From positions 384,001 to 448,000 of the forward strand of contig OY759726.1 of NCBI GenBank assembly GCA_963662625.1: DNA of 64,000 nucleotides, read 5' to 3'. This DNA is from Nitrosopumilus sp. GTDB lineage: Archaea; Thermoproteota; Nitrososphaeria; Nitrososphaerales; Nitrosopumilaceae. Shown in pieces: positions 58,202 to 64,000 of the stretch. The translations under genes and the position numbers were made by a program. Positions within the stretch are counted from its first letter, which is position 1. Each line of letters opens with the position of its first letter. The notes beneath the pieces are model-generated. The model was not told the origin of the DNA, did not search any database, and saw only the letters and a list, made by a program, of their open reading frames with translations.

Positions 58202-59149
58202 CTACTTTTGCTCGAATATCTTGATCGCCTGGGGCGGGCAGACGCCCTCGCATGCCAGGCAGAAGATGCAGTCCGGCTCCTTGGACATCAGCGGCTTCTT
58301 CTCGGAGCCGGGGTTTCCCGGGGTGTCGAACCACTCGTATACCCCCACCGGGCACGCCTCTATGCACGCGCCGTCGGCGACGCATATGTCATAGTCCACC
58401 GAGACGAACTCGCCCCACACCCCCATGATGGCGTTGCTCGTGCCCCTCCGGCCCCACGTCTTGATGGTGTGCTCCGGCGCCGAGTAGGGCGTGGACGGCT
58501 TCATCTTCGCCTTGTACTCTATGTCGATGGGCCCGGGCTTGGCTCCCTCCGGCATCTCGACCTCGCCCTCGTCCTCCTCGTCGGCGTCCTCGGCCGCCTC
58601 GATGGGCTTTGGCTTTGCGTTGAGCACTATCTTGGCGAGCGGGGTCAGCTCCTCGAGCCTCTTGATCGCCCCCGCCTCGGATATCTTCTCGGCCTTTGCG
58701 AGGTACTTTACCATCTTGTCGGACAGGATCGTGTTGCGCAGGATCGTGTCGATCACCATCTTTGCAAAGTGGTCGGCCTTCTTCCGGTAGTCCTTGACCC
58801 AGTTCGGGTCGCCGAACTTCTCGATCGGGAATATCTGGTAGATGATGTCGACCACCTCGCCGCTTACGATCTCTACGGTGACGGACAGCTCGACCTCCTC
58901 GTACCCCCTTGCCGCGGGATCCCTCATGTTCTGCTCCTTCCAGCGGTACGTCGCGAAGATCCTGTCCGCATATGCGTCCATCTCAAAGGCCCCCTTCAGG
59001 CCGTCGTGGACCGACTTTATCTCCGCCGGATCCTCAAGCGTTATCGGCAGCCTGTAAAGCCCGAGCTTGAATCCGTGCAGTGGGTACACGCCGCGCTTGG
59101 CGGTAGGGGCCTCCATGGACCACACGCGGTCTTTTAAAAGCAGCGACAT
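58202..59149 (-). CDS. 4Fe-4S dicluster ferredoxin with large N-terminal domain
   Basis: CVADGACIEACP and CIFCLACEGVCP. Confidence 0.88.
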   Translation of the reverse strand: MSLLLKDRVWSMEAPTAKRGVYPLHGFKLGLYRLPITLEDPAEIKSVHDGLKGAFEMDAYADRIFATYRWKEQNMRDPAARGYEEVELSVTVEIVSGEVVDIIYQIFPIEKFGDPNWVKDYRKKADHFAKMVIDTILRNTILSDKMVKYLAKAEKISEAGAIKRLEELTPLAKIVLNAKPKPIEAAEDADEEDEGEVEMPEGAKPGPIDIEYKAKMKPSTPYSAPEHTIKTWGRRGTSNAIMGVWGEFVSVDYDICVADGACIEACPVGVYEWFDTPGNPGSEKKPLMSKEPDCIFCLACEGVCPPQAIKIFEQK

Positions 59150-59252
59150 CAGTTTTTGTAGGGCGCGGTTCGCTTAAAAATGTTGTCCAGCACCGGCGGA
59201 TCGGCGCGCCGCCGGGGGCATTCCCACGGATCCGCCGCCCTTGGAAACCGCG

Positions 59253-59555
59253 CTAGTCCGGGCACGTTAGCCCGCGCAGCCTGGCGTACTTTTCCTCCAG
59301 TTCCCCGGCGCGCTCCATGACCTCGTCGAGGCCAAAGCCGGACTTGGGGAAAAACCACCTGACTGCCACGGGGTGGCCCGTCCCGTCCATCCCGTGGATC
59401 ACCCCCATGTCGGCCCTGACCCCCGGCCCCCCGTCCGGGCGCGTCTCCCGCACCTCCAGTCCGCGCTTGGTCATGTCTTCCAGGACGAGATCGTCGCCGC
59501 CGTCGACGACGCGGTAAAACGAGCCTTCCTTCAGCACTGGGGGATCCGGGGGCAA
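59253..59555 (-). CDS. conserved hypothetical protein
   Basis: Directly downstream of the sulfurtransferase; LEDMTKRGLEV, VRWFFPK. Confidence 0.65.
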   Translation of the reverse strand: MPPDPPVLKEGSFYRVVDGGDDLVLEDMTKRGLEVRETRPDGGPGVRADMGVIHGMDGTGHPVAVRWFFPKSGFGLDEVMERAGELEEKYARLRGLTCPD

Positions 59556-59556
59556 C

Positions 59557-60402
59557 CTACCTTTCCACGGGGTTCCCTACCATGTTGCCCCACTCGGTCC
59601 AGGAGCCGTCGTAGTTCCTGACCCTGGAGTACCCCAGGAGGTACTTTAGCACGAACCAGCTGTGGGACGACCTCTCCCCTATCCTGCAGTAGCATATGAC
59701 GTCCTTGTCCGGGGTGACCCCCTTCGGCTCGTAGTTCTGCCTGAGCTCCTCGGCCGACTTGAACGTGCCGTCCGCGTCGTTCACGGCGGTGGCCCACGGG
59801 ATGCTGTTGGCGCCCGGGATGTGGCCCCCTCGCTGGGCGTTCTCCGTCGGGTATTCCGGCGGGGCGGTCACCTCCCCCGAGAACTCTTTTGGCGAGCGGA
59901 CGTCCACCATCACGGTGTCTTCCTTGCTCAGCGCCCTGCTCACGTCGAACAGGTAGGCGCGCAGCCCCTCGTCGGGCGGCTGGGCGACGTAGGCAGAAGG
60001 CTGCACCTGCGGCTCGTCGGTGGCGTAGTCCCTGCCCTCCAGCTCCCATTTTTTCCTGCCGCCGTCCATGATCTTGACGTCCTTGTGGCCGTAATACTTG
60101 AATACCCAGAACGCGAATGCCGCGAACCAGTTGTTAAAGTCGCCGTAAAGGACCACCTCCGACTCCGGGGTGATCCCGTTTTTCGACATCAGCTCCTCGA
60201 ACTGCTTCTTGTTGATGATGTCCCTCGTGAGCGGGTCGTTGATGTCCCGCTTCCACCATATGAGGGTGGCCCCGTCGATGTGCCCATTCCGGTAGCCGCT
60301 TGCCGGATCATAGTCGACCTCGACTATCCTCCGGTTCCCGCCTGGCGGGCGGCTGGATACCCATTCAGTGTCGACCAGCACCTCCGGATGAGCGTAACCC
60401 AT
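59557..60402 (-). CDS. thiosulfate sulfurtransferase (tandem rhodanese)
   Basis: GHIPGA, YCRIGERS, NYDGSWTEW. Confidence 0.95.
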   Translation of the reverse strand: MGYAHPEVLVDTEWVSSRPPGGNRRIVEVDYDPASGYRNGHIDGATLIWWKRDINDPLTRDIINKKQFEELMSKNGITPESEVVLYGDFNNWFAAFAFWVFKYYGHKDVKIMDGGRKKWELEGRDYATDEPQVQPSAYVAQPPDEGLRAYLFDVSRALSKEDTVMVDVRSPKEFSGEVTAPPEYPTENAQRGGHIPGANSIPWATAVNDADGTFKSAEELRQNYEPKGVTPDKDVICYCRIGERSSHSWFVLKYLLGYSRVRNYDGSWTEWGNMVGNPVER

Positions 60403-60528
60403 GGCCTGTGTGGCGCGGCCAGCATAATTAATTGTTTAGGCGTGGGAGGCCCGGGCGGGGCGATCGGGCCGGGGGGCGCCCCGCCAAAGAAAACGGTTTT
60501 TAAGTAAACGCCGGTCAGGAAAACGGGC

Positions 60529-61344
60529 GTGAATCTGAGGAGGGTGGCGATAGTAAGCAAGTTTGGCTCGAGGGAATCGGAGGATGCCGCGAGGGCCGTC
60601 GCCAAGAAGTTTCTCGCCATAAAGTCCAAGGTGCTCACTGTCTCGCCGGCCAGGGCCGAGGGGGCGGCGGTGGTCGAGTCGCTCGACGAGCTGGGCAGGG
60701 AGAGGCCGGACCTGGTGGTGACCCTCGGCGGCGACGGCACCACGCTGCGCGTCTTCAGGCACCTGAAGAACGACACGCCGATCCTCACGATCAACGTCGG
60801 GGGCAACAGGGGGATCCTGTCGGAGATAACGATGGACGGGGTGGACCACGCGATAGGCCAGATCACGAGGGGCAAGTTCTTCCTCGACAAGAGGACCAGG
60901 GTGGTGGCCTCTTGCGGCAAGGCAGAGTTCCCGCCGGCGCTGAACGAGATCTACATCAGCAGGACGAACCTGACGAAGACGGCGGAGATCGAGGTGAAGT
61001 TCCAGAACGACACGATCAGGCAGAAGATGGACGGGGTCATAGTGGCCACGCCGAGCGGGTCGACCGGCCACTCGTTCTCGCTCGGGGGCCCGATCCTCCA
61101 CGAGAGCCTCGACGTGCTGATAATAACCCCGGTGGCGCCAGTATACAGGCTGGAGTCGATCGTGGTCCCGGACGAGAAGATCGAGATCATCTCCTCGCAC
61201 GACTGCAACATCGCGATGGACGCGCAGGTGGTGAGATCGGCCGGCTACGGGGAGCCCATAACCATCAAGAAGTACAAGAAACCCGCCGTGTTCGTCAGGC
61301 TGAAGAAGCGCGGCCTGAGACAGATGAGCAAGCTTGGCTTTTAG
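60529..61344 (+). CDS. nadK: NAD kinase
   Basis: LGGDGT, LNE, ATPSGSTGHSFSLGGP. Confidence 0.93.
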   Translation: MNLRRVAIVSKFGSRESEDAARAVAKKFLAIKSKVLTVSPARAEGAAVVESLDELGRERPDLVVTLGGDGTTLRVFRHLKNDTPILTINVGGNRGILSEITMDGVDHAIGQITRGKFFLDKRTRVVASCGKAEFPPALNEIYISRTNLTKTAEIEVKFQNDTIRQKMDGVIVATPSGSTGHSFSLGGPILHESLDVLIITPVAPVYRLESIVVPDEKIEIISSHDCNIAMDAQVVRSAGYGEPITIKKYKKPAVFVRLKKRGLRQMSKLGF

Positions 61345-61813
61345 GGTGCTGGACGCTAGCGCGTTCTACGCTGGGGTGCCGTTCGGGTCGTCGGCCGAAT
61401 GCTGCACGACGCCGCTGGTCTACGAGGAGGTGAGGCACATCAAGAGGGACCACGACGCGCTGGGAGTGCTGATCGAGACCGGCAGGCTCAGGATAATGGA
61501 GCCCGGCCCGGGATCCACGGAGGCCGCCGAGAGGGCCGCTAGGAAGACGGGCGACCTGCGGCAGCTCTCGAGGCAGGACGTGTCGGTGGTCGCGCTAGGG
61601 CTGGAGGTCGGGGGGGACATCGTCACCGACGACTTTGCGGTGTCCAACGTCGCGCGCAGCCTCGGCATAGTGGCGTTGCCCGTGATGACCGGCGGCATCA
61701 GGGACGCCGGCAGGTGGATCCACTACTGCCCCGGCTGCAGGAGGAGGCAGGGCCGGGGAAGTGAGTGCGACAGGTGCGGGACGCCGCTCAGGAGGAGGCT
61801 CGTCAGGGGGTAG
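61334..61813 (+). CDS. nob1: NOB1 family PIN endonuclease
   Basis: VLDASAF, LSRQD, TDDFAVSN, C-terminal zinc ribbon. Confidence 0.9.
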   Translation: MAFRVLDASAFYAGVPFGSSAECCTTPLVYEEVRHIKRDHDALGVLIETGRLRIMEPGPGSTEAAERAARKTGDLRQLSRQDVSVVALGLEVGGDIVTDDFAVSNVARSLGIVALPVMTGGIRDAGRWIHYCPGCRRRQGRGSECDRCGTPLRRRLVRG

Positions 61814-62495
61814 GGTCGTGCAGGGTCTTCTGGCCCGGCCTTTTCGCGCCGCCTCCCCTGGATCCCAGCATCCTCCTGATCCTCGCAGCCCTCGCCCTGC
61901 CGAGGCCCTCCACCTTGGCGAGCTCGGCAGCCGTCGCGTTGAACACCCCGATCGGCGTGCCGAACCTCTCCAGCGCCCGGGCCGCGAGCTTCTCGCCTAT
62001 GCCCGGCAGGCTGCACAGGGAGGCCAGCTGCTGCTTTTGCAGGTCGTCTGACTTTTTTATCTTCTTGAGGAACGGCCCCCTCGGGCGCTCTTTTCTGGCG
62101 CACATGGAGACGAGCAGCTTCGCGGTGTGGGACGCGTCCGGGGTGGGGATCACCGGGATCCTGAAGTCGAGGACCACGGTGGAGACCGCGCCGTAAAAGA
62201 CCAGGGGGTTGTCCGTGATCTCGTCGACCTCGTCGGCGTCGCCCTCCAGCAGCAGCACGGGGGTCTGGAAATGCTCCTTGAGCCTCGAGCACTGGTCGAA
62301 CAGCCTGCCGTCGAACACTGAGGACACAAAGTCGTGGGTGCTCTTCCTTTCCACCACCGTCTCCGGCGCCACGATATAGTCCCCCACCGCGAGGGTCTTC
62401 ACCTCCATGTTCAGCCCCACCGACCTCAGCAGGTCCGGGATCCCGCTCTTCCTCTCCCGCTCGTCCACTATGATCCTGAGGCTCTTCAGATCCAA
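61803..62495 (-). CDS. xpf: ERCC4/XPF nuclease with HhH motifs
   Basis: IVDERE, GDY, VERKS, DGRLFDQ, LPGIG. Confidence 0.9.
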   Translation of the reverse strand: MDLKSLRIIVDERERKSGIPDLLRSVGLNMEVKTLAVGDYIVAPETVVERKSTHDFVSSVFDGRLFDQCSRLKEHFQTPVLLLEGDADEVDEITDNPLVFYGAVSTVVLDFRIPVIPTPDASHTAKLLVSMCARKERPRGPFLKKIKKSDDLQKQQLASLCSLPGIGEKLAARALERFGTPIGVFNATAAELAKVEGLGRARAARIRRMLGSRGGGAKRPGQKTLHDPTP

Positions 62496-62554
62496 CAATA
62501 GTGTCTGGCGCGGTTTGTTAATATCTTGTGTGGAGGCGCGGCGCGCTGGTAAAG

Positions 62555-62629
62555 AGGGCTCGGGGGGCTTCGATCCCCCGACCTGGCAGTCCGGAACCGC
62601 CCGCACTGTCCTGACTGTGCTACGAGTCC
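62555..62629 (-). tRNA. tRNA-Arg(CCG), atypical T-loop
   Basis: GGACTCG...GCAC/GTGC D-stem, GGCGG-TTCCGGA-CTGCC, GGGGG-ATCGAAG-CCCCC, CGAGCCC. Confidence 0.8.
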
Positions 62630-62684
62630 GGCTTTTTCAGCACGCTCCATTCTAAAAACCTATCAGCCCCGGGACGCGGCGCGG

Positions 62685-63092
62685 CTACCGCCTTGGATCG
62701 TCGCCCGCGGGCTTGCCCGCCCCGGGCGGCGCGCCTCCCTGCTGCCCGCCCTTCATCATCGCCGTGATCTTTGACTCCTGCTCCTTCAGGGCCTCCTTGA
62801 GCCTGGCCTCCTGCTTTTCCAGCACGGTGAAGCGGGTCTTTGCCATCTCCCTCCTCTCCTCGAGCTCGGCGATCAGGTCCTGCCTCGTGGACCGCACCAT
62901 GATGGAGCCGGCGTGCTTGTACACGCCGTCAGAGTCCCCCGCCTTTTGCAGTTCCTCGAGGGCCCTGTCGTTCTCGGCCCGCTCCATCTCGAGGTGCTGC
63001 TTTTGGGCCATCACCGACTGGAGGTTCTGCTGCGACTGCTGCAGCTTTGCCAGCTGTTCCTGGAGCCACGGCGGCACCTGCGGGGACGACAT
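62685..63092 (-). CDS. pfdB: prefoldin subunit beta
   Basis: QVPPWLQEQL, VYKHAGSIMV; conserved operon context. Confidence 0.92.
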   Translation of the reverse strand: MSSPQVPPWLQEQLAKLQQSQQNLQSVMAQKQHLEMERAENDRALEELQKAGDSDGVYKHAGSIMVRSTRQDLIAELEERREMAKTRFTVLEKQEARLKEALKEQESKITAMMKGGQQGGAPPGAGKPAGDDPRR

Positions 63093-63153
63093 GCAGGTAC
63101 CTAGTACGGGTTTCGTTATATCTCTTACCAAAACGGGTTCCCCGGGGGCGGGG

Positions 63154-63411
63154 CTATTCTGGGGCGCGGGTGGCCCGCACGGACTCGATCGAGTCGTGGC
63201 TCGCCTGGATCAGCCGCAGCAGGGAGTTCAGGTTCGCGCGTAGGTGCGGCAGGTGGTCGGACTCGACCCGGACGGTGATGCCCCCGTCCATGGACATCCT
63301 GGTCCTCGTGGGGTTCTCCGGGTAAAAGTCGTTGTCGGTGCTTATCGAGTCGAATATGGCCCCGGTGTTCCCCCCGGCGTCCACCGCGACCTCTGCCTCA
63401 AAGCTTGACAT
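63154..63411 (-). CDS. pcc1: KEOPS complex subunit Pcc1
   Basis: HLRANLNSLLRLI; lies between rpl37ae and pfdB. Confidence 0.85.
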   Translation of the reverse strand: MSSFEAEVAVDAGGNTGAIFDSISTDNDFYPENPTRTRMSMDGGITVRVESDHLPHLRANLNSLLRLIQASHDSIESVRATRAPE

Positions 63412-63610
63412 CGTACGCGGTCCCGGCGATCTTGAAGCCGCACTTCTTGCACGACCAGATCCCCACGGCGTCCCTGCCGAACTTCCCGGAGCCGCACTCG
63501 GGGCACGTCCGCTTCTCCTTCAGCTTCATGTGGACCTTGGTGTACTGCTTCCGGATCTTGATGCCGTACCGGGCGCCCAGCCCCTTCAGCGACTTTTTCT
63601 TTTTTGCCAA
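63398..63610 (-). CDS. rpl37ae: 50S ribosomal protein eL43 (L37ae)
   Basis: LGARYG, CPEC, GIWSCKKC. Confidence 0.95.
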   Translation of the reverse strand: MAKKKKSLKGLGARYGIKIRKQYTKVHMKLKEKRTCPECGSGKFGRDAVGIWSCKKCGFKIAGTAYDVKL

Positions 63611-63611
63611 C

Positions 63612-64000
63612 TCAGCGGCCGCCCGCCTGCCTCAGGATCTCCCTCAGCCCCGCGCCCACGCGGACAGACGTCTCGCCGCAGTTCACGACCTCGTCTAGCG
63701 TGAACCCGCCTGCGCCGCCCTTCTGCAGGGCGCATATGTTTCCGTCGGAGTTGGTGGTGATCGTGATCCTCGCCTCCATGCAGGCCCACTCGTCGGCGTC
63801 GGGATCCACCACGATGTGCCCCCCGATCTTCCCCATGGTCACAGATACCGGAACGGTGGTTATGGGCACGGGTGCCTCCTCCCCCTCCACGAGCGTCGGG
63901 ACGTCGTCCCTCATCTCCCACCTTGGCGACGTTGACGACATCAGGGCGGCCGTCGCGGCATAGGAGCAGGCGTCAAAGAGGTTGCCGCCATAGTCGACGA
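63612..64000 (-). CDS. rrp42: exosome subunit Rrp42, C-terminal part (runs off the window end)
   Basis: DYGGNLFDACSYA, VVDPDADE, ICALQKGG. Confidence 0.9.
   Translation of the reverse strand, partial: VDYGGNLFDACSYAATAALMSSTSPRWEMRDDVPTLVEGEEAPVPITTVPVSVTMGKIGGHIVVDPDADEWACMEARITITTNSDGNICALQKGGAGGFTLDEVVNCGETSVRVGAGLREILRQAGGR

Overview
High-GC ammonia-oxidising archaeon DNA (Nitrosopumilaceae; the gene set and order are Nitrosopumilus-like, and the high GC plus heavy IS load suggest a host-associated lineage, which is inference). Most of the window is core genome: proteasome alpha, gdhA, the 3HP/4HB carbon-fixation pair (3-hydroxypropionyl-CoA ligase and dehydratase), pgk, suf, a polyphosphate cluster (sixA, ppx, two dTMP-kinase-like genes, CHAD), hem, ars/aquaporin, three tRNAs, a C/D sRNA and the rrp42-rpl37ae-pcc1-pfdB region. 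An accessory island at about 8.2-18.7 kb holds AT-rich secreted-protein genes among at least 8 nested or decayed IS elements (IS481, IS110, three IS630, ISH3, IS5, IS66). Most notable observations: (1) two separate repeat-spacer-repeat insertions inside IS elements (37-39 bp target duplicated around a 31-37 bp unrelated spacer), which look like ectopic Cas1-Cas2 integration; (2) IS decay that runs almost entirely A/T to G/C and leaves open but probably inactive ORFs; (3) a possible IS110 bridge-RNA remnant; (4) a matrixin with a TIMP-like partner gene; (5) an unlisted 44-aa metallothionein-like ORF. All family calls come from motifs recognised by eye; no searches were run.
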